IMG/VR virus record: IMGVR_UViG_3300025483_000873
From: a virus
Strand: one strand, 5' to 3'
DNA: 64,000 nt
Below are positions 15,411 to 25,349 of the stretch, one piece after another. Within the stretch, counting starts at the first letter, position 1. The number at the start of each line of letters is the position of its first letter. The translations under genes and the position numbers were made by a program. Below the pieces are notes generated by a model. It made no database searches. It had not been told where the DNA came from and saw only the letters and a list, made by a program, of their open reading frames with translations.

Positions 15411-17957
15411 ATGGCAGCAGGAACAGAAGGCTTTAACGACACTTCTCAACCAGGAAAGGACCACATGGGGGCAATGATCTCCAAGGTTATTGCTGCGCGT
15501 AAATTTGCCAGACAAGAGAGAGAAGCAGCAGAAGAAAAGGCAAAGAAAGCAGGATATGATAGTTTAGATGAACTTGGTGTAGAAAAAGGATTCTTTTTCA
15601 AGGCAGCACTGAAGAGTAAGTTCGGTGGATCATACATCAGTGGTAAGAAGCAAGACATTCAACAGACAGTTGATCGTGTCAAACTGCTGAAGAATCCCAA
15701 GGCACAGTTCTGGAACTTTGTAGACAATAGAGGCGCTGACGGTAAAGAGATAAAGAAACTGTCTGAAGTTGAAAGATTTCGAGAACAGTTTGATAACTAT
15801 GCATTTGTAAGTGCCAAGAGAGCTCCTGAAAAGGTAGAATCATCCGAAGAGATGATACCTGATACGGCAGAAGAAACTGCATCATCAGCATCAGGAACTG
15901 GTAAGAGTAGAGTATCACGAGAAGATATTCTTACTGCAGTAAGTGCCATTGCATCATCACTTGAACAGACTGCACAGTCTATCAATAATACACTTGGCGA
16001 GACAAAGAATATTGCTAGTGACGTACAGGCAATCAAGACTGATGTTATTGCTCAATTGAGTGAAAGAACTGATACTATTGAAGCAAAGTTAGATGCTATT
16101 GCTGCTGCTATTAATGCACAGACAGAGTTACAAAAGAAAACTGCTGATGATAAACAAGGTGCTCAAAAAATGAGTGGTGGAGCAGCAGTTAAAAATGCTG
16201 CTGATAGTAGTGACTTTGATGATCTCTCGACTCCTGAAGATGAAGGTGAAGAATCAGATTTAGATACAGATAATATAGCAGATACACCTAGTCAAGAACC
16301 TGCTGCTGACGACCCCAACAAACCGCCAGAAGCAGAGACTGGCGGTATTATTTCTGGTCCTGATAGTGGTTATCTTGCCAAGTTACATGGCGATGAGATG
16401 GTTATTCCATTAGATAATAACTATACTCAAGGCGAACCAAGTGCGATGGATGGTAAGGTACGACCTGTACCGGAAACTCCTGCTATAAAATCTCCTGCTG
16501 TGGCACCTAAAAAGCAATCATTTGAGCAGGGAACATCTAACCTTGGTAGTAAGGTAGGATTTACTGATTTAAATCTTGGTATGGCATCGAAATCTAGTAG
16601 TGGTTCTGATGCTATGGCACAACCATTAATGGATGCAATGTCACTGCCTATGATGGTTGCTGGTGGTACAGTACTATCATCTGTTACCAACCTAATGAAT
16701 CAACTGGGACCAGAGAGTGATTCTTTTGCGGGTGAAATTGCCAAGGTAGCAAGACCTATCGCTGATGTATTTGGGTTGCCTAATAGTCTTGCTAATAAAG
16801 TAACAGGACAAAAGAGTAGTAAGGGCGATTCTGATATTAAAAAGAAAGATGATAAGAAAAAAGGATTCTTTAGTAACTTATTTGAAAAGTTGAAGAAAGT
16901 TTCTGGTGCCGGTGGTGGTGGCGGCGGCGGTGGCGGTGGCGGTGGATCTACTACTGGTGGTGGCGGCAGTGGTGGTAGTGCCTCTCAAAAGGAAGTGGCC
17001 GATGTGATGGGAGCAGAGTTTGAAAAACAAGGATTATCTGAAGAAGGTGCAAAACTTGCCTTGGCAGAAATAGGACGAGAGAATAGTTTAAGTAGATCTC
17101 TTATTCTTGGTACTCATGATGATGGCGGCAAGACTGCATATGGTGCTGTTAGTTGGCAAGGCGGTCGGGAAAAAGTATTGTTGGATGAGTTAAAAGCAAG
17201 GGGGATTGATCCAACAGTAGCAGGACTTGCTGGTAGTGGAGACGAAGGTCTTCGTGCAAATGCTGCTGCTATGGTAAAAGAAATTGCTGCCAGAGGTCAT
17301 ACAGAACTGTTAGATTTACTTAAGAAACCAAACCTCACCGATGCAGAAAAAGATAAGGTAAGACAACTATTTAAAGATGAATACTTTGTTTATAGCAAAA
17401 GTGTTCCATTACAAAGAAGTAGAGACTGGTATGAAACTGTTAGTAGGATGAGTCAAACTCCCCCATCAAGTACAGAAGACGGTATCATAGATTCTACAGA
17501 TTCTCCGGAATCTATGATACCTACAGATTCACAATTAATTACCCAGAACTTCGGAGCAAAGACAGGAGATAGAATACACTTTATGCATAATGGCAAAATG
17601 CATAATGCATATAAAACTACTAAAGGTTTTGCGTTGTTTTACCATAAGATGCCTATTGATACAAGCAATGGTAAAAATGCTGCTGTAGTTAAATCTTTTA
17701 TTAAAGAAGGTAAAAAACGATCAGGAATTAGTTCTCCAACTTCATCAGAAACACCTGGTCAGACACAAGCAGCACTACAGAAACCAGATAAAAATACTGG
17801 TGGGTCGGGTGCAACTCAAGTTGCTATGTTAAATACTTCTGCGGGGCAGCAACAATCTGCAGGCACGGATAAACCTCCAACACCAGAACAAACTGTTGTT
17901 AAAGAGGGTCACACTAATGATTTAACATCCATGTTTGCATCACCACTAGTAGGATAA
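15411..17957 (+). CDS. tape-measure/gp29-like tail protein 2 with tail-lysozyme-like domain
   Basis: 848 aa; GLSEEGAKLALAEIGRENS...YGAVSWQGGR resembles the phage tail lysozyme family; paralogous to the upstream gene. Confidence 0.6.
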   Translation: MAAGTEGFNDTSQPGKDHMGAMISKVIAARKFARQEREAAEEKAKKAGYDSLDELGVEKGFFFKAALKSKFGGSYISGKKQDIQQTVDRVKLLKNPKAQFWNFVDNRGADGKEIKKLSEVERFREQFDNYAFVSAKRAPEKVESSEEMIPDTAEETASSASGTGKSRVSREDILTAVSAIASSLEQTAQSINNTLGETKNIASDVQAIKTDVIAQLSERTDTIEAKLDAIAAAINAQTELQKKTADDKQGAQKMSGGAAVKNAADSSDFDDLSTPEDEGEESDLDTDNIADTPSQEPAADDPNKPPEAETGGIISGPDSGYLAKLHGDEMVIPLDNNYTQGEPSAMDGKVRPVPETPAIKSPAVAPKKQSFEQGTSNLGSKVGFTDLNLGMASKSSSGSDAMAQPLMDAMSLPMMVAGGTVLSSVTNLMNQLGPESDSFAGEIAKVARPIADVFGLPNSLANKVTGQKSSKGDSDIKKKDDKKKGFFSNLFEKLKKVSGAGGGGGGGGGGGGSTTGGGGSGGSASQKEVADVMGAEFEKQGLSEEGAKLALAEIGRENSLSRSLILGTHDDGGKTAYGAVSWQGGREKVLLDELKARGIDPTVAGLAGSGDEGLRANAAAMVKEIAARGHTELLDLLKKPNLTDAEKDKVRQLFKDEYFVYSKSVPLQRSRDWYETVSRMSQTPPSSTEDGIIDSTDSPESMIPTDSQLITQNFGAKTGDRIHFMHNGKMHNAYKTTKGFALFYHKMPIDTSNGKNAAVVKSFIKEGKKRSGISSPTSSETPGQTQAALQKPDKNTGGSGATQVAMLNTSAGQQQSAGTDKPPTPEQTVVKEGHTNDLTSMFASPLVG

Positions 17958-17958
17958 T

Positions 17959-19371
17959 ATGGCACAAGAAGATTTACAATATGCTTCCAGTTTTAAACCA
18001 AAGAAAGTAACTATTACTTCTGTCAGTGGTGATGAGAAAGTCATCACCGATTTAGTGCAGAACTTTTATTACTTTGAGAATATCACAATGCCTACTCTTG
18101 AGGCTATTGCTGTTATTTCTGACTCTGGTGGAAACCTGATTGCAAGTCTTCCTATTCAGGGGTATGAAGATATCGAGATCATTCTTGAAGGACAAGATGA
18201 AGAAGAGATTGTATATAACTTTAAGGTGTATCGAGTCTTTGATAGATTCAGTGCGGATAGAGTACAAGTATACAAACTTGGTATGATATCTAAAGAGGCA
18301 TTGATTAACGAGACAATCAGATTACCTAAACTATTGACAGGTAAACCTGATGCTATTGTTAGTAGTTTGTTGAAAGAAAACTTATCTACAGAGAAAGAAA
18401 TTAAGACAGATCCGACACTATTTAAAGTTAGATTTCATCCAGGAAAGAAGACTCCTTTTTCAATCATTAACGGACTGTTACAAAAAACAGTAGCACAAGA
18501 TGCAAATAATAGTAGTACTGCATCAGGCGGTGGTGCTGGTGGTGGAACGGATGGACAAGGTGGTGTTGCTGACATAAACTCTGGTTCTTACGGTAAGATG
18601 AGTGGCAGTGCCGGATACTTATTCTATGAGAACTATGATGGATATAATTTTAACTCTATTGATAGATTAAACTCTCTTGAGAAAAATCCTCCAGTTATAC
18701 AACTCTATCAAGAGAATAATGAACTTGGACAATCTAAATTAAATAAGATTTTATCTATTGATTTTAAACAAGAGATTGATATGCTCACCAAGTTGAGAAT
18801 GGGAACATTCTCTTCCGTAGTATGTTTCTATAACTACAGCACAGGTTCTTATGAAGAGTTTGCATTTTCATTAAAAGATTCGTTTAAAGATCAGAGTCAT
18901 CTTGGTTCTCAATCTGGTTTGTTGAAAGGTCAATCTGATTTAGCATCTAAACCAACAAGAATCATGTCAGCATTGATTGATCATGAAACTTGGTTTAATG
19001 AAAAAGAAATCGCATCTCCAGAGAAAAAAGATGGTGGTAGTAATGCTGCCGAGTTCCCTGACTGGCAGAAGAGTTATATTTCCCAGTCTATTTCTCGGAT
19101 GAATAGTATTAATAATCAAGAAGCAAAGATTACTATTCCATTGCATCCTGAACTCAAGGTAGGACAAACAGTTGAGATTTTTATTCCTAATATGATTGCC
19201 ACACCTGACAGAAAAGAAGAACCATATGATCCAGAACATAGTGGTGTGTATCTGATTTCTAAACTGAATCACGCTTATGATTTCAAGAATATTAAAGGTA
19301 ATACCCATCTTACGTTGATTCGTGATTCTTATGGTCGAAGAGATGAAGATTCAAAGGCAGAAACTGCCTAA
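17959..19371 (+). CDS. baseplate hub protein (gp27-like)
   Basis: Position before gp5; YLFYENYDGYNF.S.D.L and SG.YLI.KL.H.Y motifs typical of hub proteins. Confidence 0.65.
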   Translation: MAQEDLQYASSFKPKKVTITSVSGDEKVITDLVQNFYYFENITMPTLEAIAVISDSGGNLIASLPIQGYEDIEIILEGQDEEEIVYNFKVYRVFDRFSADRVQVYKLGMISKEALINETIRLPKLLTGKPDAIVSSLLKENLSTEKEIKTDPTLFKVRFHPGKKTPFSIINGLLQKTVAQDANNSSTASGGGAGGGTDGQGGVADINSGSYGKMSGSAGYLFYENYDGYNFNSIDRLNSLEKNPPVIQLYQENNELGQSKLNKILSIDFKQEIDMLTKLRMGTFSSVVCFYNYSTGSYEEFAFSLKDSFKDQSHLGSQSGLLKGQSDLASKPTRIMSALIDHETWFNEKEIASPEKKDGGSNAAEFPDWQKSYISQSISRMNSINNQEAKITIPLHPELKVGQTVEIFIPNMIATPDRKEEPYDPEHSGVYLISKLNHAYDFKNIKGNTHLTLIRDSYGRRDEDSKAETA

Positions 19372-19377
19372 TAAATA
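19371..19377 (+). promoter_or_regulatory. late promoter
   Basis: ATAAATA upstream of gp5. Confidence 0.65.
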
Positions 19378-19397
19378 ATACGTAACTGCTGTTTGAT

Positions 19398-22300
19398 ATG
19401 GATCCCGTATTATCATCATTAATGCAGACTCATCAGGTTGGTGAAGATGGATTTCATTGGTGGATTGGTCAGGTTGAAACATCTAATACTGATGACCCAA
19501 AAGAGTCTGGAAGGTATCGTGTTAGAATTATAGGACATAACCTAAAGGACGCTACTCCTACCAAGGATTTGCCTTGGGCACAAGTAATGTTACCAGTTAC
19601 GACACCATTTAGTGACGGTGGCGTTACGGGTGCGACCGTAGAACTACGTGCAGGTAACTGGGTAACTGGATTCTTCCTTGATAATGATAAGCAAAAGCCA
19701 ATCATTATGGGATCGATTGGTCACACTGCTGGTGCGACTGAAGTAAAACTTGATGAACCACAAGACTCTGGTGAAGGTAAAGGATTAGTTACCTATACAG
19801 ATCCAAAAACTAAATCACAGGCACATCGTTCACAAGATAGACAAGGTGGTGTAGACGAAGAAACTGGTGGTAATACAGATGGTGGTGAACCTGATGCTGC
19901 TCGTGCTAATCTAGAGGATGGTGCTCCCGCTATCATCGCTGCATTACGTGGTAAGCACAGTGAAGCAAACCCTATTGGAATGAAGACTTGTGTTACCCTT
20001 GCTAACCCTACTTGCGGTACGGAGAGTAACTTCGGCAAGCAACTGACTAACATCGTGGGTGATATGTTGGCAGCAAACCAGGCATCTGGTGGTCAACTTG
20101 GAAGTTTTTATGTCAGTAAAGTAAATGGATTCTTGTATGATAAAGTAGCGATTGCTCGTTATCATATTGGTAGAGTTACAAGACTTGTAAGAAGTCTTGT
20201 CGGTAGGATTCAGTCAGAAATCATTAGAAAAATTCGTGAAGGTATTGAATTTTTAGTTAAAGCAGCACTGGGTCTCAACGTACCAGAAGAGCAGAAAGAA
20301 AAAGTACCTGTAGATCCAAAATCAGATTTTGATACCGTTAGACCTAAAGGTAATGTCTTAAAAAGAATCAAGAAAGTACTTGATCAAATCTTACAAGCAT
20401 TAGGTTGTGCTATTGAAGATTTAATTGATAAGTTGGTAAGTTGGTTGACTGACTTGCTGTTTGATTTTATTATGGAGATTTTCTCTCCAGCAGCATGTGC
20501 GATCAAGAATATGATTGATGGTATTCTTAATCAGATCCTGTCGTTGATTGATGGATTGATAGCACAAGTTCTGGGACCTATACAACAAATTTTATCTCTT
20601 ATTGGGGGTTCTGTTGACCTAGTATCATCAGCAATCCAAAAGGTAATGTCTTTCCTCGGCATCAACTGCAGTGGACCGAGTTCAAAGTGTTCTGGTAGCA
20701 CAAAAGAATGTAATGATTGTGGCACTGATGATGATGATGAAGATTTCCTTGATAACCTATTGAAAGATATTGAAGCAGGTGATACCGGAGAGCGTTTGGA
20801 TTGTCCGGAATCTTTAGATTATTTGGATCCGGAACCAACTAAAGTTATTTTTGTTGGTGGTGTTCCTACTTGGAATCCTCCGGAGATTCCTACCGGTGGT
20901 TCTAAACCACCTGGAAATCAATTCCCTGGCGAAGAGACTCCTGATAACTTCTTCCCGTCAACAGCAGACGATCCTTCAAATGATCCTAATATCATTCCGC
21001 AGTTTCCTGATGATGATGATGATGACTTCTTCCCTGACGGACCTGGCACGGTGCCAGATGGTACTTTTCCTGATGATGATGACGCTAATGATATAGTTGG
21101 TGAAGATGGTGAACCTGATCTGCCAAGAGATGCTGGTGGCACCCCATATTACACTGTAGTAGCTGACCCAACGTTTGTTACTGAAAGTGATATCATCACG
21201 TATACTGTTAGAACATCTAACGTACCTATTGGTACTATTCTTAAGTATAGATTGTCTGGCGATACTATTGTTCCTGAATATATTGTTGGTGAGTCTTTAA
21301 CTGGAGATTTTGTTATCAACGAAATTGAAACTGTCACTGAAGATGTTGTTGATGATGATGGTAATCTTGTACCAGTAGAAATCCCTCTTGGTATTGGTGT
21401 AATAACAGTACAACTTGCTGCGGATGATGTGTTGACATCTACCTATCAAGAAATGTTCTTCACTGTCATTGATGCCTCTGATGTAGATACTGATGCTGTT
21501 GCACAAGTTACTATTACTTATGATGCATATGGTTTAATCAATCCATTCTACAATCCAAATACAGTACCTACAGAGACTGTTTCTGTAGTATCAGACAAAG
21601 AACTATATTATGAAGGTGAAGATATTGTTTACACTATCACGTCAGAAAATATTCCTGATGGCACGGTGTTAGAATATATTCTGTATGGAGACATCTCTCC
21701 AGATGATATTGTTCAAGATTCTACATCCGGTTCATTTGTTATCAGAGATAATGCTTCTAAAGTTACAGTTGGTATTATTGAAGATCTTCAAGAAGAATTT
21801 GACGAGAAGGTGTACTTCAAAGTAGTAGGTTACGATGCGTTCACTGATGCAACTATTGTAGGAACTGCTGTTGTTGATGATGGTACATCAACAGAAGAAG
21901 TCCGAGTTGAGTTAACGAAACCAACAGTATATCCTCCTATTACTGATGATAGTGGCGGTATTATTAGTATTCCCGTCAAGGATGCTGGCGATTCTTATTT
22001 AGAAGCACCAAAAGTTATTATTAGTTCTGGAAATGGTTTTGGTGCAACTGCTATTGCACTATTAGATACTAGAGGATATGTATCAGAGATTAGAGTTACT
22101 AGAAAAGGACTTGGGTACAAAGTAAACACTCCTAAATCTAATGGACTAGAATGTATCATTGACTCATTTACTTTGATTGCTCCTGGCATTAGATATAGTA
22201 AAACTCCAACCGTATACATAAATGGTGAGGAAGGAATTGCTCAAGCAATTATTGATCCGAGAGGATATGTGATTAGTATACAGATCCTTGACAGAACTGT

Positions 22301-22451
22301 AAAATACACAGAAGCGCCCAAAGTAAAAATTATTGGTGGTGGCGGAAGTGGAGCAGTTGCTCTACCGAATATGGTGTGTCTTGATCCTGATGACCTCACT
22401 ACAGTAGGATCTGTTAAGATTGGAACCGGTAAATATATTGATTGCCCATAA
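19398..22451 (+). CDS. gp5: gp5-like baseplate hub, N-terminal OB-fold part with long accessory domains
   Basis: VGEDGFHWWIGQVE...GRYRVRIIG...LPWAQVMLP...V.GFFLD...QKPIIMGSI. Confidence 0.88.
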   Translation: MDPVLSSLMQTHQVGEDGFHWWIGQVETSNTDDPKESGRYRVRIIGHNLKDATPTKDLPWAQVMLPVTTPFSDGGVTGATVELRAGNWVTGFFLDNDKQKPIIMGSIGHTAGATEVKLDEPQDSGEGKGLVTYTDPKTKSQAHRSQDRQGGVDEETGGNTDGGEPDAARANLEDGAPAIIAALRGKHSEANPIGMKTCVTLANPTCGTESNFGKQLTNIVGDMLAANQASGGQLGSFYVSKVNGFLYDKVAIARYHIGRVTRLVRSLVGRIQSEIIRKIREGIEFLVKAALGLNVPEEQKEKVPVDPKSDFDTVRPKGNVLKRIKKVLDQILQALGCAIEDLIDKLVSWLTDLLFDFIMEIFSPAACAIKNMIDGILNQILSLIDGLIAQVLGPIQQILSLIGGSVDLVSSAIQKVMSFLGINCSGPSSKCSGSTKECNDCGTDDDDEDFLDNLLKDIEAGDTGERLDCPESLDYLDPEPTKVIFVGGVPTWNPPEIPTGGSKPPGNQFPGEETPDNFFPSTADDPSNDPNIIPQFPDDDDDDFFPDGPGTVPDGTFPDDDDANDIVGEDGEPDLPRDAGGTPYYTVVADPTFVTESDIITYTVRTSNVPIGTILKYRLSGDTIVPEYIVGESLTGDFVINEIETVTEDVVDDDGNLVPVEIPLGIGVITVQLAADDVLTSTYQEMFFTVIDASDVDTDAVAQVTITYDAYGLINPFYNPNTVPTETVSVVSDKELYYEGEDIVYTITSENIPDGTVLEYILYGDISPDDIVQDSTSGSFVIRDNASKVTVGIIEDLQEEFDEKVYFKVVGYDAFTDATIVGTAVVDDGTSTEEVRVELTKPTVYPPITDDSGGIISIPVKDAGDSYLEAPKVIISSGNGFGATAIALLDTRGYVSEIRVTRKGLGYKVNTPKSNGLECIIDSFTLIAPGIRYSKTPTVYINGEEGIAQAIIDPRGYVISIQILDRTVKYTEAPKVKIIGGGGSGAVALPNMVCLDPDDLTTVGSVKIGTGKYIDCP

Positions 22452-23569
22452 TGAGTAACGTACACAATAAAACAGATACTGTTAAACCATCCGCTGGTGC
22501 TGCTGGTGTTGCTGCCGAGGGTGGTGCTGCAGAACCTCAAGCAAGGAAGGATACTGCAGATACAGAACAGTTTTGTGCAGTAAAACCAACAGTGCATTGG
22601 GTTTCCAATGGTTGGACTTGTATGGATTGGGAAGGTGATGACAACACTCCTGGTGGATACACTGTTACCAATGGTCAGAGTGCTTTGTTCTTTGATGAAA
22701 CCGGTAATATGGTATTCACCACAGGACTTCCCTCTCAAGCAGGTTGTGGTGGTAAACTGATATTCAGTAGTGCAGGACAAATGCACAACGTATCAGGACC
22801 AATCTCTATTCAGTCTAAAGGTCCAAAAGATGCTACAAGGTCTGCTGATAGCAGTAGTAGAGGTGAATCTACTAAAGAATCTCATGCGTATTCTGTTTAT
22901 GCAGAGGGAAAGGTTGCTATTGAAGCACAGGGAGAATCTTGTGACTTAAAAGGTGATAACATCACTATTAATGCTCTTAAAACATTAACACTTAAAGCAG
23001 GAGAAGCAGTTAACATCGAAGTTGGTGATGGTAACGGTAAGATGAGCATCTTCACGGGTGACTACAATCTTAATACATCATTCAACAACAAAACTATTGG
23101 TAGTGCTGACTACACTGATGGTGCTGGCGAAAAAACACTGAATACTACGCAACCAGGATCAGTTGAAGCTACCAATAGTATTGGAACTATCAACCGTACT
23201 ATTAAGGGTAACTATTATCTTGGTGTGGCGGGTCACTACAACCTTCAGGCACTTTCTAATATCAACTTAAAGTCAACTACAGGTGGATATGGTTTATCGA
23301 CCACTGGCAGTCACTATCTTTTTGCAGGAGGAACAAAGACGGAAGAGATTGCTGGTATTGTTCCTGCTATTGGAGACAAACCACCTGTTGTAGGTGCATG
23401 TTGGGACTTAAAACTAGGACCAGGCAAGCAATCATTCTCGGCAAAGATGGCAAGCGGTGTTCAAATTCTTTCTACTCTTGGTGTGAACAAGATTACTATG
23501 GCGGGGGTAACATCCGCAACGTTTGCTGGTACACTTACTGTAAAAGCGATTACGATTTTCTTGAATTGA
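22451..23569 (+). CDS. gp5 C-terminal beta-helix/needle protein
   Basis: TAATG coupling to gp5-N; beta-strand repeats; ends ...LTVKAITIFLN like gp5/VgrG spikes. Confidence 0.7.
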   Translation: MSNVHNKTDTVKPSAGAAGVAAEGGAAEPQARKDTADTEQFCAVKPTVHWVSNGWTCMDWEGDDNTPGGYTVTNGQSALFFDETGNMVFTTGLPSQAGCGGKLIFSSAGQMHNVSGPISIQSKGPKDATRSADSSSRGESTKESHAYSVYAEGKVAIEAQGESCDLKGDNITINALKTLTLKAGEAVNIEVGDGNGKMSIFTGDYNLNTSFNNKTIGSADYTDGAGEKTLNTTQPGSVEATNSIGTINRTIKGNYYLGVAGHYNLQALSNINLKSTTGGYGLSTTGSHYLFAGGTKTEEIAGIVPAIGDKPPVVGACWDLKLGPGKQSFSAKMASGVQILSTLGVNKITMAGVTSATFAGTLTVKAITIFLN

Positions 23570-23652
23570 ATACATAAATACCGAAAAAAAATCGCCTGTA
23601 AAAAATAGCAGAAAAAGTCGCTCTAAATAACAGTGGTGGAACGGATTCTTTA

Positions 23653-23967
23653 ATGTTATCTACGCAATATAGACTACGACTGGAATTTATTTGTAAATGT
23701 ATCTCAAACAATGAAGATGTAAAACTAGATGATATGATCTGGGCGCAGAAACTTGCCAAAGCAAATACATCTGCTAATGAGATGTTAAAAATGGCAAGAC
23801 GCCAAGCATCCCAAAACATTGAAGAGGGTAGCACAGACGATTTTCTGAATAGGATGGGTTTAGGAGATCCCGATCCATCCAACCACAAAAAGGGATTTAC
23901 TGATGCTGATGATATGCTAGAATGGTTCCAGCAAGATAAACCTGATGACTGGAGGCAAAGGGATTAA
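23653..23967 (+). CDS. conserved cyanophage hypothetical protein
   Basis: MLSTQYRLRLEFICKCI...; preceded by CTAAATA (23623-23629). Confidence 0.75.
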   Translation: MLSTQYRLRLEFICKCISNNEDVKLDDMIWAQKLAKANTSANEMLKMARRQASQNIEEGSTDDFLNRMGLGDPDPSNHKKGFTDADDMLEWFQQDKPDDWRQRD

Positions 23968-24368
23968 TGCCAAGCGAATTTGATTACGTTGAAGCACCTG
24001 TTGATGGTGAAGTTGATAAATGGGGATTTACGATCAAACCCTCTATCAGCGATAATGAGTTAATACGCAGATGTTTAAGGAATGCTCCTTGTGGTTGCGA
24101 CAAGAAGCAAGTTGAACGCTTGATTAAAGAATATCATGACTAAAAAACAATATAAACAATTACTGCTGGATCACTTCACAGAGCAGTTGGATAAATTGAC
24201 AGCAAAAGAACTCAAGGAACTTGCTGCGAGACACACATGACGGATTATGTCTGTATCGCGACATGGGATCCTATTTTTGATATGATGCGCTATCATTGGG
24301 TACACAAGTCCGAAAAGGATCCTGTGCAATTCGTAAAAAATCTCAACCCAGAGCAAGAAGTGCTATGA
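23967..24368 (+). other. three tiny coupled ORFs (23967-24143, 24136-24240, 24237-24368)
   Basis: Manual translation; TAATG/ATGA-type overlaps. Confidence 0.6.
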
Positions 24369-24658
24369 GACAACTGTTCCTAGTTCCCACTGGTGATGAT
24401 AGATGTATCACTCATGATGGACATGTTCAAATGGGTAGCTTCAATCACTCGGTAGAGAAGCATCTTGAGTTATGTCCTGAACAAGATTGGCAAGTAACAT
24501 ACTGGATGCCTGATCCTCTGGGGTTGCGATACAAGAGAGCAAACTTCCAGCACACTATGAAAGCAAACGAAGGTTCTGCTAGAACTGATAATGCTGGTGA
24601 TAGTCGCCCTAGGGATTTCCCAGACCAGGCGATAAATCGATTGGAGAGAACATTATGA
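24365..24658 (+). CDS. hypothetical protein
   Basis: MRQLFLVPTGDDRCITHDGHVQMG...; ATGA coupling. Confidence 0.7.
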   Translation: MRQLFLVPTGDDRCITHDGHVQMGSFNHSVEKHLELCPEQDWQVTYWMPDPLGLRYKRANFQHTMKANEGSARTDNAGDSRPRDFPDQAINRLERTL

Positions 24659-24888
24659 ATGAATTTAAGATCACTCCTCAAACATATATTGATATGAATA
24701 AGGAGTTTGAAGAAGAAGGTACAGCATTCACAATCGCTGTTCCTACACAGGAAGCGATTGATAAGCATCGAAGTGCTATTCCTATTCCCCAACCAGTGAG
24801 ACATACTGTTGACATGGTTGCTGAAATGTGGGCAGAGCATAATAGAATAGAAGAAGAACGCAAACTACAACTAGAACTTGATTTATGA
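24655..24888 (+). CDS. hypothetical protein
   Basis: Coupled ORF, 77 aa. Confidence 0.65.
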   Translation: MNEFKITPQTYIDMNKEFEEEGTAFTIAVPTQEAIDKHRSAIPIPQPVRHTVDMVAEMWAEHNRIEEERKLQLELDL

Positions 24889-25088
24889 AAGACTTCAATA
24901 CTCCAGGGTCCAATAAAAGTTGGATGGATGAAGGTTTTAAAAAATATATTGTAGAATGGCAACTCGAAAATGTTCGTAACGTGTTAAATGGGACATTAGA
25001 AAAGAAAATCCTTGTAAATAGCAAGGGAGAAGTATCCAAACAAATTGTTATCAACTACACCGAAAATGAAGACATCAGTAATTTATAG
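24885..25088 (+). CDS. hypothetical protein
   Basis: Coupled ORF, 67 aa. Confidence 0.65.
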   Translation: MKDFNTPGSNKSWMDEGFKKYIVEWQLENVRNVLNGTLEKKILVNSKGEVSKQIVINYTENEDISNL

Positions 25089-25311
25089 TAACGGAAATCA
25101 AGAGTGTGAGCGTATTGCAATGCTTTTGAGATCTCTTGGTGGTGAATTTCACGAATATGTTTTAGATTTTGATTTTGATGATCATCAATTTAGAATGGAA
25201 TTTGGTCCAGATGCAACATATCCACAGGTTGCAATAGGCAACTTTCACGTAGGTAATATGCATGATACACTGGAATATCTAAAAAATATGGGTCTGCTCG
25301 ACGAAAGTTGA
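25066..25311 (+). CDS. glutaredoxin-like protein without CxxC
   Basis: VIYSNGNQECER...FG.DATYPQV.IG..HVG thioredoxin-fold pattern. Confidence 0.7.
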   Translation: MKTSVIYSNGNQECERIAMLLRSLGGEFHEYVLDFDFDDHQFRMEFGPDATYPQVAIGNFHVGNMHDTLEYLKNMGLLDES

Positions 25312-25336
25312 CAGATCAGGGCACATACGTTATAAT
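25308..25336 (+). promoter_or_regulatory. consensus sigma70 promoter for tRNA-Leu
   Basis: TTGACA-17 bp-TATAAT. Confidence 0.9.
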
Positions 25337-25349
25337 ATGAGGGTCCCAA

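Noticed and set aside
16911-16980. GGT/GGC tandem repeats (also in 39.9-46.7 kb)
   Set aside because: Explained by in-frame poly-Gly linkers; not an independent DNA repeat.
22442-22451. Frameshift joining gp5-N and gp5-C
   Set aside because: No slippery sequence; a simple TAATG stop-start overlap explains the junction.
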